Shown in pieces: positions 1-12,868 of a DNA stretch of 64,000 nt (its first letter is position 1; every line of letters begins with the position of its first letter). The notes beneath the pieces are model-generated. The model searched no databases and was not told where the DNA came from. It saw nothing but the letters and a program-made list of their open reading frames with translations. A program made the translations under genes and the position numbers. This DNA comes from Antechinus flavipes (Eukaryota). The stretch covers positions 453,902,001-453,966,000 of the forward strand of contig NC_067399.1 in assembly GCF_016432865.1 (NCBI RefSeq), written 5' to 3'.

Positions 1-119
1 AAAAAATGAAAAAAGTAAATTCACAACTAGTGAAGAAAAAAATGAAAGAACTTATTAGACAAATTATATGCCAATAAAACTGACACTCTAAATGAAAACG
101 ATGAATATTTCTATAATAA

Positions 120-790
120 TAGTTTATTTCTCAAAACACATGCATAGATAGTTTTCAACATTTATCTTTGCAAAACATTCCTTTCTCTTACTCCCTTCTG
201 TAGACAGCAAGCAATCCAATATATGTAAACATGTGTAATTTTTCTATACATATTTTTACATTTATCATGCTGTACAAGAACAATCAGATCAAAAGGGGAA
301 AAAATGAGAATGAAAAAAAGAAGCAAGCAAACAACAGCAACAAAAAGGGTTACAATACTATGTTGTGATCCATATTTAGTCCCCATAATCTTCTCTCTGG
401 ATGCAGGTGGCTCTCTCTATCACAAGATAATTGGAATTTCCCCAAATCACTTCATTGTTGAAGAGAGCCAAATCCATCATAGTTGATCATCATATAATCT
501 TGTTGCTGTGTACAATGTTCTTTTGGTTCTATCTACTTAGCACTTTAGGCCTTTCTGAAATCAGTCTGCTGATCATTTCTTATAGAACAATAATATTTCA
601 TTACATTCATATACTATAACTTACTCAGTTCCAACATTTATCATTATCTTTTCCTGTTATGTTAGCCAATCAGAGAGGTGCAAAGTGGTACCTCAGAATT
701 GCTTTAATTTCATTTCTCTAATCAATAGTAATTTAGAGCATTTTTTATATGATTAGGAATGGCTTTAATTTCTTTGTCTGAAAATTGTCT
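120..790 (-). mobile_element. L1 3' end nested in older L1
   Basis: Reverse complement resembles the L1 3'UTR/ORF2 end at 61.2-62.0 kb. Confidence 0.75.
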
Positions 791-807
791 ATTAATAGAG
801 GATGAAT

Positions 808-933
808 TTTTTTCGAGAGGCAATTGGGCTTAAGTGATTTGCTCAGCTAGGAGTAAGTATTAAGTGGCTGAGAACAGATTTGAACTCAGGTCCTCCTGAC
901 TTGAGAGTTGGTGCTTTATCCATTAGTTGCCCC
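808..933 (-). mobile_element. WSINE-like SINE
   Basis: Same consensus as 3638-3778, more decayed. Confidence 0.8.
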
Positions 934-1199
934 AAGGATGAATATTTTAAAAAAATATAAACTGCTCATTAACAGAACAAGAAATAGAAGATTTAAATAA
1001 CCTTATTTTAGCAAAATAAGTTGAAAAAATCATAAATGAACTCTGAAAAAGCAGAGGGGAAACTTAGGACTTGAATTTAAAAGGGAATTGTATGATTCAT
1101 TTAAAGAATGATTAATTCTAATAGTACATAAAATGCTTGAAAAAATAGGGAAAAGTCCTGTCAAATTCTGCCTATGCTATAAATATGGCCTCTTTTCTT

Positions 1200-1800
1200 T
1201 TTAAAAATTTATCTAATTTTTTTTATTTTCAATTTAAGATTTTCTTCCTTTATCTGTTTCCCCATCCCACCCTCCCATCCCACTGAGAAGGGAAGAAATA
1301 TGATACCTATTATACATATGAAGTCAAGCAAAGTGTATTTTCCAGAAGTCACATTGCAAGAAAAATAAAGAAAAAAAGAATGTTTCAGTCTTCCTTAGAA
1401 TTCATCAGTTCTTTCTCTGAAGGTGGATAGTATTTGTCATCATCTGTTCTTTTGGAATTGTCATGGATTACTGTATTAATCAGAGTAGTGAAGACTTTCA
1501 GTTTATTATTGTTACGGTGTTGCTATTAGTATATACAATGGGTTCTTTTCATTTCACTTTGTATCAGTTCATATGGGTCTTCCAGGTTTTTCTTAATGCA
1601 TTCTTTTAGTCATTTCTTATAGCATAATAATATTGCTTCACAAACATATACCACAGCTTATTTAACCCAACTGATGGGTAATCCTTCAGTTTCTAATTCT
1701 TGGTCATCACAAAATTAATATAAATATTTTTGTATACATGGATCCTTTTCCTTTCTCTTTGATCTCTTTGGGGATATAGATCTTGTAGTGATATTGCTGG
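1200..1800 (-). mobile_element. Older L1 3' end
   Basis: Antisense L1 3'UTR-type text similar to the 19.7-20.2 kb copy. Confidence 0.65.
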
Positions 1801-3624
1801 ACAAATATGATTTTGATACCTAAACCAGGAAAATTCAGAAGAGAGAAAGAAAACTGTAGAACAGTGCTAATGGATATTGTTGCAAACATTTTAAATAAAA
1901 TATTAGGAAGGAGATTATGATAACATATAACCTAGATTATATACAATAAACAAGTCTATTAAGTCTATTAAGAACAATAGTTCAATATTGGAAAATTAAA
2001 AAATCATAACTGATCACATTAATATAAAAATAAATGATATGTCAGTAAAAGCGCAAAAAAGCTTTTGGAATGACATAATAACCTATGAAAATACTAGAAG
2101 GCATAGATATAAATTTCTTAATTATAATAGATAATATCTATGTAAAACCAAGAATCAATATTTCTACACTGGGGATAAATTATATACCTTAACAGTACAA
2201 TTATGGGTAAAGTAAAGATGTCCATTATCACCATTACTATTCAAGATAGTGCTAGAATGCTAGCTGTATCAATAAGAAAAAGAAATTGAGGCTATAAACA
2301 TTGAGAAAGAGGAACAGAATGATCTTTTTATTTTTCAGATGATATGATTTACCTAGAGAACCCTAGAGAATCAACTAAAATGCTAATGTAACCAATTAGT
2401 AACTTTGGTAATATTGTAGGATCTAAAATACACTCATAAAATTATCAGCATTTTAAAAATACTACCAACACAATCCTACAGGAAGAGAAAGAGAAATTCC
2501 ATTTAAAATACCAGTATAAAAGAGTTGGGAGTCTACTTGACAAAAAACCCACATAGAAACAACATGAATACAACTACAGATTCCTCTTTATACAAATGAA
2601 GAGGTATCCAAATGACTGGAGAAATATTGATAAAAATTGCTCGTGGATAGGATGAGCTAACATAACAAAAGTGATAATGCTACCTGAATTACTTTACTGA
2701 TTCTGTGTGATACCAATCAAACTACCAGAGGATTACTTTATAGAAAGAGAAAAACAATTACAAAATTCATCTGGAAGATCAAAAGGTCAAGAACTTCAAG
2801 GGAAATAATGAAAAAAATGGGAAAGAAAGGGATCTAAATTCTAGATCTCAAACTATATAACAATACAGTACAAATTGAAACAATTTGGTACTAGGTAAGA
2901 AACAGATTAGTGAATCAGTGAAATAGATCAGTTGATCAGTGAAACAGATTAGATATGTAACATTATAGATGCAATTGAGCATAGTAGTTTAGTGTTTGAT
3001 AAACCTAAAGGTCCCAATTATTAGGGCAAGAATTCACTATTGGACAAAACTATTGTGAAAAATTGGAAACAATCTGGCAGAAACTAGATATAGATTAATA
3101 TCTTACAATATAAATTAAGGTAACCTCCAAATAGGAACTTGATTTAAACATAGTGACATCATAAATAAATTAGAGGAGCAAGGAAGAAGCAAACCTTTTA
3201 GAGCTATGGATACAGTAAAAGTTCATGACCAACGAACAGAAAGACTCATAAAAAATAAAATGCATAATTTGATTATATGAAATTTTTTAAAGTTTTTGTG
3301 CAAGCTAAACCAAAGTAGTCAAAATGAGAAAAGGAGCTAGGTAAATAGGAGGAAAAGTCTTTGCAGCAAGTTTCTCTGATAGTTCATGTTTCATACATTA
3401 AAAAATTTTATTTATATATACATATATATGGAATTGATTCAAATTTTTAAAAATAAGAATCATTTTTAAATAGATAAGTGATGAAATGATATGAATTGAC
3501 AATTTTAAGAAGTAAAATGCAAATTATAAAAAACCATATGAATCAATGCTCTAAATCACTAATTAAGAAATGCAAATTAAACAACTTTGAGCTTACCATC
3601 TCACATCAATCAGAATTACAAAGT
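1800..3624 (+). mobile_element. Old L1 ORF2 remnant (RT to C-terminal region)
   Basis: Degenerate RT motif (TTTTCAGATGATATGATTTACCTAGAGAACCC, FADDM..YLENP-like) and typical L1 ORF2 text; many stops. Confidence 0.8.
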
Positions 3625-3637
3625 TGACAAATGACAA

Positions 3638-3778
3638 TTTTTTTTCCTGAGGCAATTGGGGTAGTGACTTGCCCAGGGTCACACAACTAGGAAGTGTTAA
3701 GTATTTGAGGTCACATTTGAATTCAGGTCTTCCTGACTTCAGGGCTGGTACTCTATCCACTGCACCACCTAACTGCCC
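3638..3778 (-). mobile_element. WSINE-like tRNA-derived CORE-SINE
   Basis: GGGCAGTTAGGTGGTGCAGTGGATAGAG head with A/B boxes; 13-bp TSD TGACAAAT(G/T)ACAA at 3625 and 3779. Confidence 0.9.
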
Positions 3779-3796
3779 TGACAAATTACAAATGTT

Positions 3797-3850
3797 AAGA
3801 GTTAATAGAGGGGCAGCAAAAAAAAAAAAAAAAAAAAAGAGTTAATAGAG
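3797..3850 (+). mobile_element. Collapsed SINE: TSD + GGGCAGC + A19 + TSD
   Basis: Perfect 14-bp direct repeat AAGAGTTAATAGAG at 3797 and 3837. Confidence 0.75.
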
Positions 3851-4159
3851 AACTTTATACATATTTGTAATGAGAAGAAAACATGAAACTGAAAACAAAA
3901 TAAGACTGACATAAACAAACAAGCCAAGGTGCTTCATTTGGATGCCTCAAATCAAGCTTGAAACTTATTCTATTTGGAGATTATTATTGATAGGAAATTT
4001 TAAGCCTTTACTGTGACACATGGGACCTGAAAACAAAAATCAAATTCAATGGGCTGTGGAGAATGGAATTTTCTACTATTAATATCATGTACATTTGCAA
4101 ATCCCCCCCCCCATATTCTTTATTGTTATACACTTATCAGTTTCCCACCTTGTATATCT

Positions 4160-4390
4160 TTTTTGTTCAGTCAGTTCGATCACATTTGACTTTTTGGGAC
4201 ATTATTTGTTGTTTTCTTGGCAGATACTGGAGTGGTTTGCCATTTCTTCTCCAGCTCATTTTATAGATGATGAAAGTGAGGCAAACATTGCTCAAGGGTA
4301 GCATAGCTAATAAGTGTCTGAGGCTAGATTTCAACTTGAATCTTCCTGACTCCAGACTCAGAGCTCTGTCCATTTTGCCCTCTAGCTGCC
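4160..4390 (-). mobile_element. MAR1-like SINE
   Basis: MIR-type head plus GATACTGGAGTGGTTTGCCATTTC tail; similar copies at ~20525-20770(+), 51030-51280(-), 52140-52360(-), 59715-59960(+). Confidence 0.75.
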
Positions 4391-5769
4391 CTCTCTATTC
4401 ATCTGTGTCCTATGAGAACAGTTTCTTTTTTAATTCAAATAAATTCTGCATATAACATCAAGGATAGTGAATTTTTCTTTCACTTCCTCCTATAATCAGG
4501 ATATGACTCTTCTTGCTGCCTGGATAACAGCCTGGCATAGTGGAAAGTGCATTGGTATGAGAAGAAGGAAAGCAAATCTAGTTTAATTTGTTTCATGATC
4601 TCATGAAGTTTACTTTAAAAATCTTCAAATCTTTATTTCCTTGTCTGTAAAATGGTGATAGTTTTCCTTACTTTTGTCACAGAGTGGTTGAAAATATGTG
4701 ATATAAAATTTTGGAAAGTATAGTGCTTTAGAGTAAGAGATTATTTTAAACCTAGCATAGATACTTTCAACTAGCCATCTTGAAACTTTCTATTACTCAA
4801 CCTGAATTAGCTATGGAAATGAAATATCTGAATTTTCCTCCCACACTTGTACCTGCTTTTAGACTGTCTTTGTCTCTACACCTACCATACATACCAATAA
4901 CAAGATACTATGGAAATTATTTTTAAAGAGATGTAATGTGGTGCAGGAGAAAAGAGGTCAGGGCTGGGTTGGAGGCGGCCTCCAACTTTACTCCTGGAGT
5001 CTTGGTTTCTTCATTTAGAAGTGAAGTGGTTTCTAAAATGATCTTTAAGGTTCCATTTAACTTCGATATTTTATATTCCAAGGCTACTTCCATGTCTGAC
5101 AATCATGACTTCAGCTTGGAAAGATTTGAAGCCAGTGATAGAAATGCTGCTTGAGAATGATGCCCCCCTATGGTTCAATAAGGAATAAAATCTTGAAGAA
5201 TAAGTTCCTTAGAAATGGGGAGATTCAATAGTTGTGAATAAGCAAGGGAAAACCAATTTTTTTCTAACTTTACCCAACATAACTGCTTCCTCCCACAATG
5301 TAGTATCTCAGTCAACACAGGGGTAATAAACATACTATGAGTGCAGCATCTTGATATGCTACTTTTGAGAATGATATCAGGACTGGAAGGTGGGGGAAAC
5401 AAACCAATAACAAGAACAGGAATATAATCCACATTTCTTCCCAAAATTTGAAGTTAAATTAGTTCAGATTTACTTTTAAAACAATTCATTCACCTGCAAC
5501 ATGCACCCAAGTTTTAGTATTGCAAAAGGCAATGGAATGTGGTGCTAGAGATGGTGGGTTTTAGTTCTAGTTCTGCCATAAACTCAGCACATGACCTGGG
5601 AGAAATCTCTGCCATTCTCTGAATTTTCTTTCAGCATTTATTTTCTATAAACTGTTATTGTACTAGGTTATAATTCTTTCCCTTTCTATTCTTTTTTTTA
5701 AGATTATGAAGACATAACAGAACTACTCCAAGGCCCGATGGTGATAAGGTTTAGACCCTTATAATTATT

Positions 5770-7540
5770 CATGATTACTTTTTAATGTTTCTCAACTCTA
5801 TTGATTGCACCTTAAAGTTTCTACTTATCCTGATCATTTTTTTTTCATCAGGAATGCTTGGAAATCCTCATTAAAGGTCAATTTCTCTCTATTATTCTGA
5901 GTTTTGCTGGGCAAATTATTTTTGATTGTAAGCATATTCTGAGATTTTAGTAGCAGTGGCTGGTAAATTGTGTGTGATCTTGATGGTGGCTAATCAGTAC
6001 CAGACATCTATCTTGCTGTTTCTGCTTGTAATATTATTTCTTTGACATAGAAGCTCTGGATTTTGGTTATACTGTTCCGAGGAATTTTCATTTTGACTTT
6101 TTTTTGAGGAGATGATCAGTGGGCTTTGCCCTGCGGTACTAAGCATTTTAGTGAGTTTTCTATTATGATTTCTTGAAAAGAGATGTTTAGGCTTTTTTGG
6201 GGGAATATAGTCTTCAGGTAATTCAATGATTCTCACATTTTCTCTTAATTTGTTTTCCAGGTAATTTCTTGTCATAATTTATATTTTCTTATATTTTCAG
6301 TTTTTTTACATTGTGTTAGTATTTTTTGCCTCATGGAGTTACTAGCTTCTATTTGTTTCATCAAAATTTTCAGGGAATTATTTATGGAGACAAGGTCTTG
6401 TATCTTTTATTCCAACCTATTTATTCCCTTTCCAAATCTTTCTTCCTTTAACTCCAATTTTCCGGTTTTTACTCTGTTATTCTAATTTCATTAATTTTTT
6501 TAAACTTAAGAGAAATACTTGTTTTATATCTTCCAGGAATTCCAGTTGAATTTGTGGCCAGGTTGCATTTTTCTTTGAGATTTTGCTTATAGGTATTTTA
6601 AAGTCATTCTTTTAACTTTTAATCTAGCTTTTTATGGTATTCTTTTCTTGTTTTCTTTCTAGCCTACTTTCTAACTTGATATTAGGGCCAAGTCTGCACA
6701 TTTCTATAGGCAAGGTCTGAGTTGACCTTATTGTTGCTTTCTTGGGGATATTGAGTGTTATGTTATTCCAACATTTCAGAAACAGTCCTAACTGGGGACC
6801 TGTGAACTTTCAGAATTCCAGCACAATCTGATTGCTGCCTTTGTGGTCTGAATTCTGCAAGTTCCTGGGCTTGGATCTGAGTAACAGTGGACTGTTGCTG
6901 GATCTAGTCATTATTAGCCAGCTAGAAAGCTCTATTGGTCCAGAGTGATAGAACTGTAAGCTTCTCTTTGTTCTAGGATTACAGCTATAATTATTCCTTT
7001 TCAGGCTTCAGACTGGACAAGCAGCTAAACTGACACTGCTCCCTCCTCTCTTGGCATCTGAACACTAAGCTATTGCTTGCTTCTGAACTTGTTCTTTGCC
7101 CTCAGTTCACAGTCCTTGACTCTTTCTCACTATGGAATGTCACCTGTAGGCACAGGTGTTCTCAGTTCAACTGGATCCCTGACCTAGAATTGGATATAAG
7201 CAACAATTGACACTTGGCACCAAATCCTGTATTTTATAAAAGCTTAGGTTCCCAAATGCTGGAGCTGGGACCTTCTCTTACTGTGGTATATAAGTTCTTC
7301 CTGTGTAGAATGCTCTGTTAGAATACCCTTGGTCAGATCCAGTCCCTAGAGTCCATACTTCTATTTGTTTCCCTTTGTCAATCTGTACTGTAAATATAAC
7401 TCGCTGTTACTTTTTTTCTTTCATTTCCTAATCAGAATTTATTTTAGTGCATATTCTAGATTTGTTTGGAGGAGTTTGAAAGGGACATAGGGCATAATAG
7501 CTTGTAGTATTTCCTGTTGCTTCTCCATCTTGGCATACTT
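5770..7540 (-). mobile_element. Old L1 5'UTR/ORF1 remnant
   Basis: ORF 5994-6275 (LENKLRENVRIIELPE) resembles L1 ORF1p LENRSRRDNLRIIGLPE. Confidence 0.7.
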
Positions 7541-7579
7541 CCCTCCACACTCTTTTTAAGATTACCTACAGAAAATAGT

Positions 7580-8760
7580 CTGAGAGATATTAGTTATAGA
7601 TCAAACTCTCTCACCATATATCAATGAGCTCCAAATAGATACTTGAATTACATACAAAAGATGGCATTCAAGAATAGCATTCATTATAAACAAATTAGAA
7701 GAGCAAGGAAGACATTTCCTGTCAGCTCTATGCAGAAGGGAAAAGTTCATGACCAAACAAGGGATAGAGAATTAAAATGATAATTTTCATTATATAAAAT
7801 TTAAAAAGTTTTTGCACAAACAAAACCAAAGCAACTAAAATTATAAAGGAAGCAGGTAATTGGGGAAAAAACATTTTACAGCCAAGTATTTCCGATAAGG
7901 TCCAATTTCTAAGAAATCTAAAGAGCTAACTAAAATTTGTAAAAATGCCATTTTTTCAATTGATATAAAGGTTAAAGGATAAGCAGTTTTCAAAGGAAGA
8001 ATTCCAAGTTCTATTTAAAAAATGCTACAAATCACTGATTAGAAAATGCTGATTAAAACAAGTCTGAGGAATCACCTCACATCCTTCACTATAGCATAGG
8101 TGGCAGACAAAAAAAAAAAGACAAATGTTGGAAGGGCTGTGAGAAAACTGACACGTTAATGTACTATTCTGTTGCTTCAAAGCAACAGTCATTCTGTTGG
8201 CCCAGTCATTCTGAAAAGCAATTTGGAACTATGCCCCCAAAGTTACTAAACTGTGTACCCTTTGGCCCAGTGACAGCAGTTTTAGGTCTTCGTCCCAAAG
8301 AGATCAAAAAAGGAGGAAAAGGACTCACATATACAAAAGCATTCATAATAGCTTTTTATGATGGCAAAGAACTGGATTCTAACGGGATACCTAGAAATTG
8401 GGGAATGGCTGGATAAATTATGGTGTACAAATATGTAATATTATTTTGGTATAAAAATTGATATTTATGGTTACATAGAAATCTGGGAAGACTTGTATGA
8501 ATTGATGTAGAGTGAACCAAGTAGAAATAGAATAATTTATATAATAGCAAACATGTTAAAGACAAGTAACTCCTCTTAAGAACTATGATCAATGACTACT
8601 CACAATTGCAGAGGGGAGATGTTATAAAAAATGTCCATCTTCTGTCAAAGGATTTAGACATATAATTTTTCTACATGGCCAGTATTTGAATTCATTTTGC
8701 TTGCACAAGGGTTTACTTTTATTTCAATAGGGGTAGTGATGGGAGAAAAATTCATTTTTA
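7580..8760 (+). mobile_element. Old L1 ORF2 3' end and 3'UTR
   Basis: Homologous to 3100-3620 and to the L1 C-terminal region (FGPVTAVLGLRPKEI.KGGKG..TKAFI). Confidence 0.75.
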
Positions 8761-9449
8761 TTAAATATTTTTAAAAAGTGCTTACCCTTGAAGAACTAAA
8801 TGCTCTCGAGATTTGAGTTAAAATCTCAAGTATTTCCTTTATTGAGTCTACAAAGAAATCACTTTTCCTTTTTGACTTCCCCTCCCCTTTAAAATGAGAA
8901 TACTTACGCATCTATCTCATAGGGTAGTTATGAGAAAAGCACTTTTTAAAACTTACAGCACTATGTAAATGTTTGTGACTAATGATTACAAGAAATATGA
9001 TTTTCTTAGATGTTAAATTATTTATACTAAACCTGGACAACATGGTGAAAAAAGTCTTGTGGAACCAAAAGTTCTGGGTATTAATTTTATAATTCATTAG
9101 CCTTTTCCCCTTCTGCTGTTTTCTCATCTGTAAAATGATTTGGTTATGTTTTCAATGCTTTCACAAATGCCTTCCTACCCTGTAAAATGCCACACAAAAT
9201 GATTTCCCTTCTACTACCATATTTCAGTTGGAAGTCATCTAATTTAACCCAGTCAAGAAAAGTAACCAGCTTGATAAGATACACCAGTGGCCAACTTGCC
9301 CCCTTCAAGAAAGAGGATTGAGGAAATTTCACTTTTGAACAGCTCTATTTGTTACTGAAAAATTCCTTTGATCAAGTCTAGATTTAATCCACTACTTCTG
9401 CTTCTGCTTTCTGGGGCCAAACAGTTCATATCTAATGCTTCTCCTAAAT

Positions 9450-11300
9450 AACTTACCTTCAAAATGCTTCAAGATATTTTGCCCATCTTAAATCTTTTCC
9501 AACTAAACAGTTTTAGTTCCAACATCTTGAGGTCTTTCAATTCTTGTTGCTCCTTTCTGGTGCCTCTCAGTCTATTAACAAACATCCTTTCTAAATTGTA
9601 GCAACCCAAAATGACCATAATACTTCATTTGTGGTCTGACTAGAGCAGAGCCCACAGTAGGACTATCACCTTGGAAATTCCAAAACAGTATGCATTTCTT
9701 AAGGCAACCTAGAACTGTGCTTTTGTTTTTGTTTTGGCTGCCACATTATACAATTAACTCACTTTGAGCTTGTAATTGCTAACTTTAGCACCACTTATCC
9801 TCCCAACTTTTCCAAACTGTTTATTCATATCTCTTTCACCTTGTATTTGTGAAACTAATTTTAACTCAAGTACAAAAATTTACATTTACCCTTATTAATC
9901 TTATTTGGCCCAGTGTTACAGCTGATTAAGATCTTTAAAAATCTTGACAAATACTTTAGTTTTTCTTCCTGGCTTCAGTAACCTATAAATCTGATAAACA
10001 CATCAACTGTATCTTTATCCCAATTGTCAAAAACATGAAATAACAGAGGGCCCCTGGGGTCTCCACTGGAGACCTTTTTCCAAGTTAATAATGAATATTT
10101 TTGGGTCTGCTCATTCAACCACCTCCAAATATGCTGTCCAGTGCTCATCTCTCCATCTCATTCAGCTGAATAGCATGAGATTTTGTCAGACTTTGCTAAC
10201 ATCTAAGCAAACTATCATTCCAGTCGCCAATTCTTCCAGTTTTTAAAAAATATCATTCATTTGGTGAATTGAGCTTATCTTTAGTAGCTAGCTTTATTAC
10301 AATCTCTATTTTTGGTCTCAACTGTGTCTTTTCCATTACACAGATTGTTCTTGGCATAGAAAAATGTAAAAATTCAGCAGTTTTGCCTTCTCATTGTGGT
10401 CAGGTATCATCCCGTCCATCTGAGCAACTGTCTTTTCCATCTAGAGTGAATAAAATTCCTTTTATAATGCTACCTGCTCTTGTTTTAGTCTTCTATGCAT
10501 GTTTTTTTTTAAATCTAAATTGGCCAAGTTAACCCGAACATCCACTCTTCAGATATTTTTTCCTTTTCCTGGGAATGGTTTGTGTCATCTTCATTCTTTT
10601 TTGCTGATGTCTTTAAAAGTGGTCTTTCCAAAACGAAATGTCAGATTCAACTTTTCTTTTCTCTATCACATATTTGAGGATGGAACTTTTGAAGTTCTCA
10701 TTTTCACCTCAACAACCAGTTCCTCCCTGTTGGTGAGAATTTGATTCAAAACAGAATTTTGTCCACTTATTAGCCTTTTAAATGGTGAAAGCAAGACCAT
10801 TCTTAGATATTCTGCATTTGATAGAGCAAAAACACCAGCAGCTGTCATGATAACCAAAGATCTCCATTAATACATCATGACTGAGCACTAGGCTCATCTC
10901 TTTCTGAAGATGTATGATCTATATTGCAAAATTGTTTTTCTTCCTTGATCTTGACTCAGTGCTAGACATATTCTTTTTCCAAAGAGGTGGCTGGTCTATA
11001 TCACTGATGACAAAATTTTTCCCCTTGGTCTTCAAATGTCCTACATTTCTTCTTGTTCTTTGATTTCTTCATATCCCTTAATATATACTGCCTCACCCTT
11101 TCATTTAAAAATTATGAATAAGGTATGCATTTTTGGAACCATAATTGCTATGCATTTCATCCAACCAAATCCTAGTTATACCTATGAGATCAAATTGTTT
11201 CCTTGTATCTGATTCTTCTTGCTTCTGGTCCATGCTTGATCTATCTTTGCACAAATACCTAAGGCATAGATTTCATTACTGGCTCTTTTCTTTGGTCTGA
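9450..11300 (-). mobile_element. CR1/L3 LINE remnant
   Basis: Typical antisense CR1 text (TGTGGTCTGACTAGAGCAGAG etc.); heavily decayed. Confidence 0.6.
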
Positions 11301-11749
11301 TTTAAGTCTCACAACAACCCTATCAGATGATATATTATTTCTATTTTTCAGATTAGAAAACTGAAATGCATAGATAGAAAACTGAGGTAGAACTGACCTA
11401 CTCAGCTAAATTCCCAGTAAATATAAGTTAGGATTAAAACCCATGTCTCTTTCTTCCCTCTTATGCCCAAAGTTCTAATTCTGTGTTCTTTCTAATCCCT
11501 TAGGATCACTTATATTAGTCTGTGACTAACACACCCTTTAGTTACTTATGTTTACATTGTTAGCTATATTTTGAAACCTGTTGAATACAAGAGAAATGGG
11601 TATGATGCTTCTGAGAGAAAACTAGCAGAGGAACAAATTCTTCTGGGACTAAGAGAATGGTCCAAATGGGAATAAAAAAGTGTGACCTGCTATATTCAAG
11701 CCTTTATTGAATTCCATCTACATTACTCCAAGGGCCTCCTACTTGGTAT

Positions 11750-12260
11750 CCTTAGCTGAGGTCTCATCCACACCAGGCCACTGACATATTGTTGTCCAAA
11801 TGATTTTAAGAGGAAATCTGACCATGTGATTTCCTTACTTAATCAACTTCTATTCCAGGATAAAATATAAACCCTGTTTAACCTTTAAAGACCTCTACAG
11901 CCATGTCCCAAAATATCTTTCTATTCTCCTTGGACATTACCACCTTTAGCACTGTGATCCAGCCAAATTGGTCTTCTCTTGCATCCTCTCACACAACACT
12001 GCCTTTGCACTGGCCATTCCACATGGTGGCAAGGCTTTCTCTCTTTACCTCTGCCTCAGAATCCCTCTCTTAAAATACAGCTCAAGCATTACCTTTTATT
12101 CATTTTTATTCTTATCCTGTCTAATTTCTGTATGTATTTGTGTTTCCCTCCCTCCCTTTCCAGAATGTAAGCTCCTTTTGAGGGAAGATTGTTTCATTCT
12201 TTTGTATTTATATCTTCAGAATCAAGGACACAGTAGGCACTTAATACATGCTTGTTGATT
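11750..12260 (+). mobile_element. L2 3' end just downstream of the NSFL1C poly(A) site
   Basis: Ends CACAGTAGGCACTTAATACATGCTTGTTGATTGA. Confidence 0.7.
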
Positions 12261-12461
12261 GACGATGGAAAATCTTGCCATAATACCCAGATGAACAGTG
12301 GAGGAAAGATAGTCAGAGACAAAAATTTCCATGCAGCATAATGGAGACTCACTTTCCCTGATATGGAGCTATGTAATCTTAAAGCAAATGAGACCTACTT
12401 CAGTGGGAAAGGCTTTTCCCACAACAGGCTGGTGATGTTCTTTCAAATTTTTTTGTTTGTT

Positions 12462-12467
12462 TTTATT
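12462..12467 (-). terminator. NSFL1C: Proximal poly(A) signal of NSFL1C
   Basis: AATAAA on the minus strand ~240 nt after the stop, followed by A-rich then GU-containing sequence (cctgttgtggg). Confidence 0.7.
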
Positions 12468-12705
12468 AAATTTTTTTTAAAGTTCACTGATCATCACAAA
12501 AACCCAGTAAATGCAACTAAAGATAAAACAAAATGTCCAACCAAGATCTAAGAATCCAGAGCTAAGGGGAGACGTGACACTGTGCTGCACGGTGCGCACA
12601 TAGGGCAAAGTGACGCATGTGTGCAGCAGACAGCTGTGGACAGAAACAAGAGGAAAAAGAGAGTGTGTGTGTGCAGGGGAATGGGGTGGGGGAAGAGGGC
12701 AGATG

Positions 12706-12868
12706 TTATATTAACCGCTGGACAATGACAGCGTTGAGCAGGTTGGCCTCCTTCAAGGTCTGACTCTCATCAGCCAGCTCTTTGTTTGGAAAGGTGGTCA
12801 TAAGGACAAAGCTCATGGCTGCCATCGCTGGCCGGGCGTCGACAATGAAAAGCCGGATATCGCTGATC
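12706..12868 (-). CDS. NSFL1C: NSFL1C exon 9 coding part ([53 protein letters not shown]; UBX)
   Basis: 163 nt incl. TAA; acceptor ttcttgtaccag|G. Confidence 0.97.

Noticed and set aside
3638-3778. tRNA-like A/B boxes in SINE heads
   Set aside because: tRNA-derived SINE promoters, not tRNA genes.
5770-8760. Head-to-head L1 pieces suggesting a twin-priming inversion
   Set aside because: The inverted part is 5'UTR/ORF1 and the sense part is late ORF2, kilobases apart in the consensus, and no TSD was found; more likely two separate old insertions.
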